A stretch of 35,208 bases of DNA. It comes from Alphaproteobacteria bacterium. Lineage in GTDB: Bacteria; Pseudomonadota; Alphaproteobacteria; JBFXJJ01. The stretch is taken from positions 1 to 35,208 of the forward strand of contig JBFXJJ010000019.1 in the NCBI GenBank assembly GCA_050175015.1, in the 5' to 3' direction. A model generated the notes under the pieces. That model was not told the DNA's origin. It did no database searches and was given only the letters and a program-made list of their open reading frames with translations. Below, piece after piece: positions 1 through 9,934 of the stretch (the first letter of the stretch is position 1; each line of letters starts with the position of its first letter). The position numbers were made by a program, and so were the translations under genes.

Positions 1-3000
1 TATTTTTATAATCAGGCTTCATTGTTTGCCTAACATTCTTTTGATTTTCTAAAATGATGTCAAACCAGAAAGAGGAGCCATTGTTTTCCTCACTGTGAAC
101 CCCAATATGTCCTCCCATCATTTCAGAGAGTTCTTTGGATATAGCCAGACCTAATCCTGTTCCTTGATATTTTCTAGTGGAAGTGCCATCAATTTGAGAA
201 AAGGGCTTAAATAAAATATCAAGTTTTTCTGGAGATATTCCTATTCCCGTATCTATGACTTCAAATTTTATAACTGATTTTTCAGGGAGAAAACCATCGC
301 AGGTAACGTGAATATTAATTTCTCCTTTTTCCGTGAATTTAATTGCGTTGCTTATAAGGTTGGTTAAAATTTGGCGCAATCTTCCAGCATCACCTCTAAC
401 TAGAGAAGGAACATCAGGCTCAATTAAACAAATAAGCTCTAAACCCTTTGTCTGAGCATTGACAGACAACATTTCCGCTATATCTTCAACTGTTAACCTC
501 AGGTCGAAATCGATGTTTTCTAATTCTAATTTCTTAGCTTCAATCTTAGAGAAGTCCAAAATATCATTTATTAAAGACAAAAGGTTATCACAGCTTTGTT
601 TCAGCATATCAACATATTTTTTTTGCTTTTCGTTAAGTTCTGTGCGCATTAAAAGTTCAGTCATACCAACAACGCCATTCATGGGAGTTCTTATTTCATG
701 GCTCATATTAGCTAGAAATTGGCTTTTAGCGGTGCTGGCATTTTCAGCTACTTCTTTTGCAAGCAAAAGTTCTTTCTCAGCTTGCTTGCGCATTGTTATA
801 TCGGTATGTGAACCTGCAATACGGTATGGAATTTCATCATCATCTCTATAAGAATCTCCTTTAGCTCTGATCCAACGATAGGATCCGTCCTTATGCTTCA
901 TTCGGAATTCAATGTTGTATTCTGAGAATTCTCCTTGAAGATAATTCTCCAAATACTCCATTACATATAAAGCATCATCTGGGTGCAGATTGTTTTTAAA
1001 GCTGCTGAATTCATTAGGAAGTTCATCGTCTTTATATCCTATAATATCCTTCCACCTAGGTGATATGAAAAAAGAATTATTTGTTATGTCCCAGTCCCAT
1101 AAGCCATCGTTGCTTCCTTGAACGGCAAGAGAGAAACGTTTGTTGGCTTCTTTTAATTTTTCTTCAGCGTTCTTTCTATCCGTAATGTCGGTATCATTTC
1201 CTCGATAGCCTAAAAGTTCATCGTTAGCTCCGATTATGGGAGTCGCATTTGTTGAAATCCAAACAATTCGACCATCTTTGGTTTGAAGGTAGTTCTCTTC
1301 ATTTTGAAATGAAACTTTTTTACTGAAGGCGTCAAAGATACGTTCTTTAAATTCTTCACGTTCTTTTTCTGGGTGTAAATCATAGAAATGCATTTTGCCA
1401 ATAGCATCTTCTTCACTGTAGCCGCTAACAATTTCTGCAACGTGATTGACATAAGTATAAAGTCCGTTGACATCCATTTCCCATATAACAATTCTGCATT
1501 GTTCAACTAGCTGGTTATATCTTTCCTGTCCAGTTTTAATCTCTTGCATCATTTTATATTCATCACTTGTATCGCGAAAGACGAGAACCGCGCCTCGGAT
1601 ATTTCCCATATTATCTTTGATTGGAGATGCGCTGTCTGATATATGATATTCAGTTTTATCTTTGCTTATCAGTATGATATTTTTGCTTGTAGTCGTATTT
1701 TTACTGCCGCTTATAATCAAACTTACGGGATTAGGTGTTTTTTCTCTTGTATTGCTATCTATTATATTAAAAATTTCATCAATTTGCTTGCCTACTGCTT
1801 TTTCAGAAGTCCAACCTGTTAGCTTTTGGGCTATACGGTTAATTTGGGTAATCTTGCCATCAATATCGGTAGCAATAACACCGTCACCAATAGAATTTAA
1901 CGTTATATTTAAATTGTTTTCGGCAAGGCATACTTGTTTGAAAACGGATAGGAATTTTTTTTCTAATAATGATGCAATCATCCATAGCATTGTTATAAAT
2001 AAGGAACCAAGAACAATTCCCATTATAAGCTTATATAATACTCTATAATGAAGGTAGTGAAGAACGTTTGTTTTATCACTTATTATTATTATGTCTGCGA
2101 CATTTTCATCATTAATGCTGTAAATTTTGAAATAATCTAGATATAAAAAATGCCCATCAGTGTTGATAATTTGAACTTTGTTTTTGTTATCATAACTATC
2201 GAAATAAGATTTAAATTCGGATGGAATTTTTTCTAAAGTTTGGTTAACAATCACGATTTTGGAATATTTATCCCATTCACCAGATAGATTGAAAAGGTAT
2301 CGTCCTTTTTCAAACTTTTCTTTGGAGGAAAACTCTTTGCGCACAGCTGTTATGACGTCAATACCAAGAGCTTTACCAAAAATTTCTCCTAACCGTTCAA
2401 CCTCAATTCCTAATTCAATATAGCCAATTGTTTGGTTTTTATCTATCCAAGGTTTTACATATCTTAATGTCAATGTTCCTGCAGAACCAACTTCAATTCC
2501 CCAATCTTCTTTTCCTGTTTTCTGGGCATTTTTGAGTGATTTATGTTTGATAACATCTCCCCATCTTTCTGGGGTATAGACTCTAAAAAAGCACGTACCA
2601 TCATTTTCAATAAAATAAGCATGAGTAACATTAAATTCTTTCTTGAGTTTGGCAAAGTATGGCGTCGTTATTTCAGCAAAAGTATCGCGTTTTTTATCAT
2701 TAAAAGTTTTCAAAAACTGCTCTTTTTGCATAACAGCCTCGGTATGAGCCTTTAAAAGTTTAATCTCATACGATAGCAAATGCTGCCATTCATTTTGGGC
2801 TTCAAAAGCCTCTCTTTTTACATTTTTTTCTACCTCTTGGAGATAAAAATAGTGAGAGAAAGAAATAAACATTAAAATCAGCAATGATGTTAGCATTGCT
2901 GCGGGAACAACAATCCATTGCCTTATATTAAAATTTGAATATTCAATGTTTTTTATATGCTTAAAAACAAAAAAAATACTAATAGCAAAAATTACTATTA

Positions 3001-3136
3001 GTGAGATGAAAGTTATTGTTAGATTTGTAAGTGACAAAATAGACGTATTGGCGCACCAATGACTTATAAACACTGTTACGCCAATAATTGAAATTAAATT
3101 TAGAATAAAATTTCTTGATGATTTTTTGCTGTCCAT
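1..3136 (-). CDS. Membrane sensor histidine kinase, probably hybrid (periplasmic Cache-like domain, about 3 PAS domains, HisKA, HATPase); 3' end runs off the window
   Basis: Absent from the ORF track because it has no stop in the window. ATG at 3136 (MDSKKSSRNF...) is in the same frame as the H-box AKSQFLANMSHEIRTPMNGVVGM (about 670-730). Also present: N-box RLRQILTNLISNAIKFT, G-boxes DTGIGI and GTGLGLAI, PAS segments TLNSIGDGVIATD and GLWDWD, and hydrophobic TM segments flanking a periplasmic region. Confidence 0.9.
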   Translation of the reverse strand, partial: MDSKKSSRNFILNLISIIGVTVFISHWCANTSILSLTNLTITFISLIVIFAISIFFVFKHIKNIEYSNFNIRQWIVVPAAMLTSLLILMFISFSHYFYLQEVEKNVKREAFEAQNEWQHLLSYEIKLLKAHTEAVMQKEQFLKTFNDKKRDTFAEITTPYFAKLKKEFNVTHAYFIENDGTCFFRVYTPERWGDVIKHKSLKNAQKTGKEDWGIEVGSAGTLTLRYVKPWIDKNQTIGYIELGIEVERLGEIFGKALGIDVITAVRKEFSSKEKFEKGRYLFNLSGEWDKYSKIVIVNQTLEKIPSEFKSYFDSYDNKNKVQIINTDGHFLYLDYFKIYSINDENVADIIIISDKTNVLHYLHYRVLYKLIMGIVLGSLFITMLWMIASLLEKKFLSVFKQVCLAENNLNITLNSIGDGVIATDIDGKITQINRIAQKLTGWTSEKAVGKQIDEIFNIIDSNTREKTPNPVSLIISGSKNTTTSKNIILISKDKTEYHISDSASPIKDNMGNIRGAVLVFRDTSDEYKMMQEIKTGQERYNQLVEQCRIVIWEMDVNGLYTYVNHVAEIVSGYSEEDAIGKMHFYDLHPEKEREEFKERIFDAFSKKVSFQNEENYLQTKDGRIVWISTNATPIIGANDELLGYRGNDTDITDRKNAEEKLKEANKRFSLAVQGSNDGLWDWDITNNSFFISPRWKDIIGYKDDELPNEFSSFKNNLHPDDALYVMEYLENYLQGEFSEYNIEFRMKHKDGSYRWIRAKGDSYRDDDEIPYRIAGSHTDITMRKQAEKELLLAKEVAENASTAKSQFLANMSHEIRTPMNGVVGMTELLMRTELNEKQKKYVDMLKQSCDNLLSLINDILDFSKIEAKKLELENIDFDLRLTVEDIAEMLSVNAQTKGLELICLIEPDVPSLVRGDAGRLRQILTNLISNAIKFTEKGEINIHVTCDGFLPEKSVIKFEVIDTGIGISPEKLDILFKPFSQIDGTSTRKYQGTGLGLAISKELSEMMGGHIGVHSEENNGSSFWFDIILENQKNVRQTMKPDYKN

Positions 3137-3157
3137 TATGCCTTTATTTTATATAAT

Positions 3158-3634
3158 CTAATTTTTACTGTTAATTAGGGCATTGGCATCTAAAATAATC
3201 ATAATTTCTTTTGATAATTTCACAACACCAGAAGAGACACTCTGCCATTTTTTATCCATAGTTGAGGGGTTGTTTTCAATGTCACTGGTTTTTATTTCCA
3301 TAACAGTTCCAACATTATCAACTTTTATACTATATAGCTCTTCGCCTATTTCTACTGTGGCTAGATGCTGTTCTCCATTGTCATGATCAGGAAGACCAAG
3401 GCACCTTCTGAAATCAATTACCGTTACAATACGTCCTCTTAGGTTGATGTTTCCTGCAACCTTCTCAGAAGACAAAGGGATATGAGCAATGTTTTCTGAA
3501 ACTAGAATATCCTGTACTTTCTCTACAGAAATACCAAACAATTGTTTATCGACATAAAAAGTTACAAAAACTTGTTTAGGTTTTTTATCTTCTACAACAT
3601 TTTGTCTGGAGGAGACCGTAGCTAACTGGTTCAT
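3158..3634 (-). CDS. cheW: Chemotaxis coupling protein CheW
   Basis: Motifs FVTFYV..QLFGI.VEKVQDIL and VAGNINLRGRIVTVID; 2 nt downstream of cheA. Confidence 0.95.
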   Translation of the reverse strand: MNQLATVSSRQNVVEDKKPKQVFVTFYVDKQLFGISVEKVQDILVSENIAHIPLSSEKVAGNINLRGRIVTVIDFRRCLGLPDHDNGEQHLATVEIGEELYSIKVDNVGTVMEIKTSDIENNPSTMDKKWQSVSSGVVKLSKEIMIILDANALINSKN

Positions 3635-3636
3635 GA

Positions 3637-6378
3637 CTATTCTCCTTCTATAACTGGTTCTTTAACGTCTTCAAAAATGTCCTCTAAACTTTTTAATACT
3701 GCCTGACGGTCAAACTTTACAACATAATCATCAAAGCCTGCATCACGTCCTTTTTCGAAATCAGCTTTTGTGGCATGAGATGACAGGGCGATAAGAGGAA
3801 TGTTTTTCCATGCACCGTCATTCTTAACCTCTTTAGCAAATTCGAAGCCGTTCATTTTTGGCATTTCGATATCAGAAACAATAGCATCAAACATTGCACC
3901 TTTTTCTCTCATTTGTAAGGCATCAACTGGATTTGATACGCTAGTTACTTCATAGCCTTGAGCCGAAATTAAAGGTCTGATTAGATTCAAGAAAAAGTCG
4001 CTGTCGTCAATAACTAGAATTTTCTTGCCATAAGTTAAGCTTTTTACCCCTTCTTTGCCAGCTCCAAACCAATCGCCGAAAGCTTTAGTTAAGTAATAGC
4101 CAATATCAATAACATCAGTTGCTTTGCCTTTAATTACGGCGGTTCCAATGATGCCTTCTTTGTCAGCCTTGAGCTCAACTTTCATTTTGTCTTCGACAAT
4201 ATCAACGATTTCATCAACCATAAGTCCCATGCTGCGTTCATTATCAGCAAAAACAAGCACAGGTTGACGGCCTTTTTCTTTTAGTCTGAATTCTCCCGCA
4301 AAGCTTACGATAGGCATTAACTTGCCGCGATATTGGACAACAGGTTTGCCGTAAGAATGTTCAAATAATGAAACATCAAACTCTTCCAAGCGGGCTACAA
4401 GAGCAAGAGGTACAGCTTTTGGATCTTTGCCTTCTGATTTGAAAATCAAGAATGAAACAATATCATCAGACACAACAGCTGATTTTTGTTTCTCATCATT
4501 ATCAGATGAAGATTCAACAGTTTCACCAACAGCCGTTGCAATACCGTTAGGATCTAAAATCATAATAACACTGCCATCACCTAAAATGGTGTTTCCTGAA
4601 AACATAGTAATATCTCTTAAGATTTGAGACACAGGTTTAACCACAATTTCTTCGGTATCAAAAACATGATCGACAATAATACCAAAGGTAAAAGTTCCAA
4701 CTTGGGAAACAATAACAAAGATTTCATCTTGGCTGTCATCGTGTGGTTGCTTTTCTTGACCATTCAAGCGAAGAACTTCTTTTAAATTTACCAAAGGAAG
4801 GAGATGGTCTCTCAGTCTTAAAACTGCTGAGTTGTTAATTTTTTCAATCTGTTGTTCTGATTTTTTGGTAACTCTTACTAATTCAACAACAGAAATTTGT
4901 GGGAATGCAAATTTTTCACCACCTGATTTTACAATTAAGGCTGATACGATAGCAAGGGTAAGAGGAATTTTGATTCTAAAACTAGTTCCTTTCCCTTCTT
5001 TAGTTTTAAGCTCAATATTACCACCAATTTTTTCAATGTTGGTTTTAACAACGTCCATACCAACACCACGTCCAGAAACGGAGGTTACTTTTTCTGCTGT
5101 TGAGAAACCAGCATTAAAGATAAATTGGGCAATTTGTTGTTCATTCATAAGTTCGAGCTGCGACTCGGTAACAAGTCCATTATCAAGAGCTTTTTCTTTG
5201 ATTCTATTAATATTTAAACCTTTACCATCATCGGAAATTTCAATAATGATGTGTCCGCCTTCATGATAAGCATCAAGTTTGATAATGCCAGTTTCCGATT
5301 TGCCTGTTCTGGCACGTTCATCAGGGTGCTCTAAGCCGTGATCGGCAGAGTTTCTAACCATATGAGTTAGAGGGTCTCTAATTAATTCAAGCACTTGTCT
5401 GTCGAGTTCGGTTTCGGCGCCATACATTTGGAGGTCAATTTTTTTGCCAGTTTCAGTTGCTAGATCTCTAACAATTCTAGGAAGTTTGTTCCAAGCGATG
5501 CCTATCGGCTGCATTCTGGTTTTCATTACGCCTTCTTGCAAATCACTGGTAATCAAAGACAAGCGTTGCAGAGGTGATACAAATTCTGAGTCCGTTTGAC
5601 CTCTTACCATTTGTAGAAGCTGGTTTCTGGTAAGAACTAATTCAGAAACGAGTGTCATCATATTTTCAAGAAGATCAACATTAACTCTTATAGACTGCTC
5701 TGCCAGAGATGATTCTTTAGCTTTAGGGGCATCTTCTTTTGCGGGAGCAGGTTCAACTTTTTTATTTTCTTTTACAGCGACTAAAGGTTGTTTGTTTACC
5801 GCTTTTGGCTCGGAAGGCTCGCTTTCTTTTTCTCGCTCTTTCTCCATTTCTTGAGCAATTTCTTCAGGAGATGCTGCTTTGTTACCAGAAGCGATAGCTT
5901 CTTCTACTTCTTCTAGGAGTTCAGCAGCGACAGGGAAGCCCTCATCAGATAAGGGGACATCACCATTTTCGGTATCATCTGATGACGTTGTCTCAACATC
6001 CTTTCCCTCGGCAGTCAGATTTAATTTATTAATTAAATCTGAATCGTCGCCTTCAGGCTCCGTTTCGTATTGCTCAAGATACGCAAGGATTTCTTTAATT
6101 CTATCAATAGCGTTAAGAATTAAAGTAACAGATGTTGGTCTAACTTCAAGCTCCCCTGAACGGAATTTATCCATAACATTTTCGCCAGAGTGAGCTAATT
6201 TTTCTAAACGGGGAAGACCTAAGAAACCACAAGTTCCTTTAATAGTATGAACCATTCTGAAAATATTAGATAAAATATCCTTATCATTTGGATTTTGTTC
6301 TAAGTGAACTAGTTCAACGTCTAGTTCGGCTAAATTTTCATTGGCTTCTGTTAAAAACTCGGATAACAAATCGTCCAT
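3637..6378 (-). CDS. cheA: Chemotaxis histidine kinase CheA (HPT, dimerisation, HATPase, two CheW domains, C-terminal receiver)
   Basis: IFRMVHTIKGTCGFLGL (HPT His), DPLTHMVRNSADHG, SGRGVGMDVV, IPLTLAI, C-terminal REC ILVIDDS...SDIEMPKMNG; GGGGAG RBS upstream. Confidence 0.97.
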   Translation of the reverse strand: MDDLLSEFLTEANENLAELDVELVHLEQNPNDKDILSNIFRMVHTIKGTCGFLGLPRLEKLAHSGENVMDKFRSGELEVRPTSVTLILNAIDRIKEILAYLEQYETEPEGDDSDLINKLNLTAEGKDVETTSSDDTENGDVPLSDEGFPVAAELLEEVEEAIASGNKAASPEEIAQEMEKEREKESEPSEPKAVNKQPLVAVKENKKVEPAPAKEDAPKAKESSLAEQSIRVNVDLLENMMTLVSELVLTRNQLLQMVRGQTDSEFVSPLQRLSLITSDLQEGVMKTRMQPIGIAWNKLPRIVRDLATETGKKIDLQMYGAETELDRQVLELIRDPLTHMVRNSADHGLEHPDERARTGKSETGIIKLDAYHEGGHIIIEISDDGKGLNINRIKEKALDNGLVTESQLELMNEQQIAQFIFNAGFSTAEKVTSVSGRGVGMDVVKTNIEKIGGNIELKTKEGKGTSFRIKIPLTLAIVSALIVKSGGEKFAFPQISVVELVRVTKKSEQQIEKINNSAVLRLRDHLLPLVNLKEVLRLNGQEKQPHDDSQDEIFVIVSQVGTFTFGIIVDHVFDTEEIVVKPVSQILRDITMFSGNTILGDGSVIMILDPNGIATAVGETVESSSDNDEKQKSAVVSDDIVSFLIFKSEGKDPKAVPLALVARLEEFDVSLFEHSYGKPVVQYRGKLMPIVSFAGEFRLKEKGRQPVLVFADNERSMGLMVDEIVDIVEDKMKVELKADKEGIIGTAVIKGKATDVIDIGYYLTKAFGDWFGAGKEGVKSLTYGKKILVIDDSDFFLNLIRPLISAQGYEVTSVSNPVDALQMREKGAMFDAIVSDIEMPKMNGFEFAKEVKNDGAWKNIPLIALSSHATKADFEKGRDAGFDDYVVKFDRQAVLKSLEDIFEDVKEPVIEGE

Positions 6379-6430
6379 AATAAATCTCCCCTATTAAATT
6401 TTTTTATTTAGCTAAAATAGCTCAATTCTG

Positions 6431-6465
6431 AAAAAAAGGGAAGCTAGTAATTCTATGCTTCCCTT
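6431..6465 (-). terminator. Rho-independent terminator after the MCP gene
   Basis: On the minus strand, stem AAGGGAAGC...GCTTCCCTT followed by a T-run. Confidence 0.7.
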
Positions 6466-6523
6466 ATATACTTAATAATTATATCAAATTTATTAGGTAT
6501 CAGGGACTTTTTCAGAAATTAGT

Positions 6524-8217
6524 TTAAGCATTTCTAATAGTCTCAATAAAGTTTGCTACTTCATTCTTGAGCTGAGCAGACTTTTGAGAAAGTTCTTTAG
6601 AGGCTGCTAAAACTTCGCTTGCGGCGGCACCTGCTTCTCCTGCAGCTTGGGTTACGCCGGCAATGTTACTGGATACTTCAGCGGTTCCTTGAGATGCTTG
6701 TTCAACATTACGTGAAATCTCAGATGTTGCAGCACCTTGTTCTTCAACAGCAGAAGCGATTGCAGCTGATATTTCATCAATCTTATCAATCACGGTTCCG
6801 ATGTTGGTGATAGCTGATACAGCTTGATCGGTTTTGCTTTGAACGTCAGAAATTTGAGTAGATATTTCTTCGGTTGCACGTGCCGTTTGGTTAGCAAGAT
6901 TCTTAACTTCACTAGCAACAACCGCAAATCCTTTACCCGCATCACCAGCTCTAGCGGCTTCAATCGTAGCATTAAGAGCAAGTAAGTTGGTTTGGTTAGC
7001 TATATCGGTAATAAGTTCAATAACTTCACTAATTCTTTGTGCAGATTGAGCCAGTCCGCCAACAACTTGGTTAGTAGATTGTACTTCTTCTACGGCTTGT
7101 CTAGCTATAGCTGATTCTTCAGTTACTTGTCTTGAAATCTCAGTAATAGAGTTAGAAAGTTCTTCAGCAGCAGCGGCAACAGTTTGAACGTTTGCAGCGG
7201 CTTGTTCCGAAGCTGCAGCAACAGCAGTTGCTTGTTGAGCTGTTTGCTCAGAAATAGCTGACATACTTTCTGCGGTAGAATTCATTTCGGTAGCGGCAGC
7301 AGATACAGCGTCAACAATACCCATAACAGCTTTTTCGAAATCATCGGCTAACTTATGCATCATTTCTTTCTTTTCTTGAGCTGCTCTGATTTCAGCTTGT
7401 TTCTGAGCTTCTTCAAGTTCTCTAGCTTTGATAGCATTTTGACGGAAAATTTCTACATTGCGAGCCATATCGCCAACTTCACTTTTATCAAGATATTGAC
7501 TTACATCGATCTTGGTATTGCCATTTGATAAATCAATCATAAGCTTTCCTAAACCTTCAAGCGGCTTAGTAATAGTGCTGGCAAAGGTTACAGAAAGACC
7601 AATAGCAATCACAAGAACTATGATTAAAGCAACAGCGCTTTCGATAACTTTTTGTTTGAAAATAACTTCAATGTCGTCAATCCATATACCTGATGCAACA
7701 ACCCAACCCCATTCAGGAAAATCAACAGCAAAAGACAATTTTAAAGAAGGAATAGTTTCGCCTTGTTTTGCCCACATATAATAGACAGTTCCACGACCTT
7801 TATCTCTAGCAACACGATTGAGTTCTGAAATAAATTTTGTACCATCAGCGTCAGATAGATTGGCAACGTCTTTTCCAACTAAGCTTGGGTGAGCAATCAT
7901 ACCGTTATTGACTAGGTCATAATCTTGAATCCAAATATAGTTGTTGCCGTCATAACGCATTCCGTTGACTGCTCTTATGGCAAGTTTTTTAGCTTCAGCA
8001 ACGGTTATTTCGCCACTCTTTGCCATTTCAGCGTAGGATTTGATAGTATTGGTTGCAGCATCTACCAAATCTTCGGTTTTAATTATGCGGTCTTCTAATA
8101 ATTCTTTTTTAGTGCTTTTAGGTTTAAAACGGCAACTGTTATAAGACCGATAACAATTATCGTGTTTATGATAAAAAATCTTTTTCCAATTTTTAAATTA
8201 CGAATTGAATTTAACAT
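6524..8217 (-). CDS. Methyl-accepting chemotaxis protein (TM-sCache-TM-HAMP-MCP signal); frameshifted at the A6 tract 8105-8110 (564 aa if restored)
   Basis: MCP signature [40 protein letters not shown] at 8217 with a GGAGG RBS encodes TM1 but reaches TAG at 8095-8097. The remainder (track ORF 6524..8068) is in the -1 frame. The paralog at 20375 has A7 at the same site. Confidence 0.88.
7885..8217 (-). repeat. Dispersed repeat, copy 1 (5' part of the MCP gene)
   Basis: 333 nt aligning to 20042-20375 (334 nt) with about 33 mismatches and one 1-nt gap. Confidence 0.9.
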
Positions 8218-8470
8218 AGGTGTCCCCTCCATTTTTTTAAGTTAAATTTCTTTTTTTGTTTTTTATTATTATTTAGATATAACATACCTATGTTTCATAA
8301 ATGTTTCACAAAACAGGCTTTTTTGTTTCAAAAAAGTATCAGGTGCATTTTATGGATTTTTGAATCTTTTATGTATTGTAAAAGACGTTTCATATGACTA
8401 CATTACATCATAATGGTTTTTTATAAAATAGAACTTATTTTTTAAACAAGTTAGAACTTTGGGTGATAAT

Positions 8471-9757
8471 ATGCATAATCGTAAGGTTGCTGTAGTTGGG
8501 CTAGGATATGTGGGACTTCCTGTTGCGGTTGCTCTTGGCAATTTAGGACAAGAAAAAGTCATAGCTTTTGATATTAATAAGAAAAGAATTGCAGAATTAA
8601 ATCAAGGGATTGAGCATACAGGAGAAGTAGATTCAAAAGTATTACAAAAATCCGATTTGCTAATTACAGATAATGTTGATGATTTAAGAAAGGCTGATTT
8701 TTTTATAATTACAGTTCCAACTCCAATTGATGATGCTAAAAGACCTGATTTAAAACCTGTTTATTCTGCAACCAAAACCGTGGCCTCTGCTTTGAAGCGT
8801 GGTGACATTGTAGTTTATGAGTCAACGGTTTATCCTGGTGTTACTGAATTGGAGTGTGTTCCTATATTGGAAGAAATTTCAGGGCTTAAATATGTGAAAG
8901 ATTTTACCGTAGGTTATAGCCCAGAAAGAATTAACCCTAGCGATAAAATTCATCGTTTAGAAACAATTACTAAGGTTGTTTCTGGCTCTGATAGTAAAAC
9001 ATTAGATATTGTGGCTGATGTTTATGGAAGTATTGTTCACGCAGGCATTCACAAGGCTCCAAGTATCATGGTTGCCGAGTCTGCTAAAGTTATTGAAAAT
9101 ACTCAAAGAGATTTGAATATAGCTTTAATGAATGAGTTGGCAATTATTTTTAATAAGATGGATATTGATACCAAAGATGTTTTGGAAGCAGCTGGAACGA
9201 AATGGAATTTTTTAAAATTCTCTCCTGGTTTGGTTGGTGGACATTGTATTGGTGTTGACCCATATTATTTAACACATAGAGCTGAAAGATTAGGATATCA
9301 TCCGCAAGTTATTTTATCTGGTCGTAAGATTAATGATGATATGGGCAAATATGTTGCCACACAAACGATTAAACATTTAATGCGTAATGGAATTCAAAAA
9401 CATCCTAAAATTGTTGTTTTAGGACTTACATTTAAGGAAGATTGCCCAGATATTAGAAACACTAGAGTTGTTGATATCATCGCTGAGCTTAAGGAATTTG
9501 GGGCTAATGTTATTGTTTGTGACCCTTTTGCTGATGCAGAAGAAGTTTATAAGGAATATGGGCTAGAGCTGTCTACGATTGAAGATGCTAAAGATGCAGA
9601 TGCTGTAGTTTTTGCTGTCGCGCATAAAAAATATGCTCTAAAAGGTTGGGAGTTTATCAGTTCTTTATTAAAGAAAAATGGTGGTTTTGTCGCTGATGTT
9701 AAATCGATTCTTGACCGCGATAAAAAGCCTGAAAATATTGATTTGTGGCGCCTTTAG
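8471..9757 (+). CDS. Nucleotide sugar dehydrogenase (UDP-N-acetylhexosamine 6-dehydrogenase, WbpO/TviB-like)
   Basis: Rossmann VVGLGYVGLP, ITVPTP, YESTVYPG, GYSPERINP, AKVIENTQRDLNIA, catalytic GGHCIGVDPYYL, GLTFKEDCPDIRN. ATG 8471 after GGGTGA preferred over TTG 8459. Confidence 0.93.
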   Translation: MHNRKVAVVGLGYVGLPVAVALGNLGQEKVIAFDINKKRIAELNQGIEHTGEVDSKVLQKSDLLITDNVDDLRKADFFIITVPTPIDDAKRPDLKPVYSATKTVASALKRGDIVVYESTVYPGVTELECVPILEEISGLKYVKDFTVGYSPERINPSDKIHRLETITKVVSGSDSKTLDIVADVYGSIVHAGIHKAPSIMVAESAKVIENTQRDLNIALMNELAIIFNKMDIDTKDVLEAAGTKWNFLKFSPGLVGGHCIGVDPYYLTHRAERLGYHPQVILSGRKINDDMGKYVATQTIKHLMRNGIQKHPKIVVLGLTFKEDCPDIRNTRVVDIIAELKEFGANVIVCDPFADAEEVYKEYGLELSTIEDAKDADAVVFAVAHKKYALKGWEFISSLLKKNGGFVADVKSILDRDKKPENIDLWRL

Positions 9758-9876
9758 AGTAATGCTCTAATGTGCGAAGTTTAATAATTATAGAGCAACA
9801 TTAATTTCGTCATAACTTTGTGCCTTATGGCAAGTCTTAACAGACTGTTTTTACAAATAGGACACATTTTAAAACA

Positions 9877-9910
9877 AAAAAACCCAGATATTTTTATATC
9901 TGGGTTTTTT
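9877..9910. terminator. Bidirectional intrinsic terminator between convergent genes
   Basis: AAAAAACCCAGATAT-TTTT-ATATCTGGGTTTTTT perfect hairpin with A and T tails. Confidence 0.85.
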
Positions 9911-9934
9911 GCAAAAACTATAACGTAAAAACGA

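Noticed and set aside
459-2755. Short track ORFs (459..851, 1234..1506, 1662..2048, 2470..2655, 2543..2755)
   Set aside because: Antisense or off-frame shadows of the long histidine kinase gene, which the track missed because it lacks a stop in the window.
9754-9870. Small hairpins after the dehydrogenase (TGCTCTA/TAGAGCA and others) as an sRNA
   Set aside because: Stems are short and AT-rich, with no promoter or family features to support a separate RNA.
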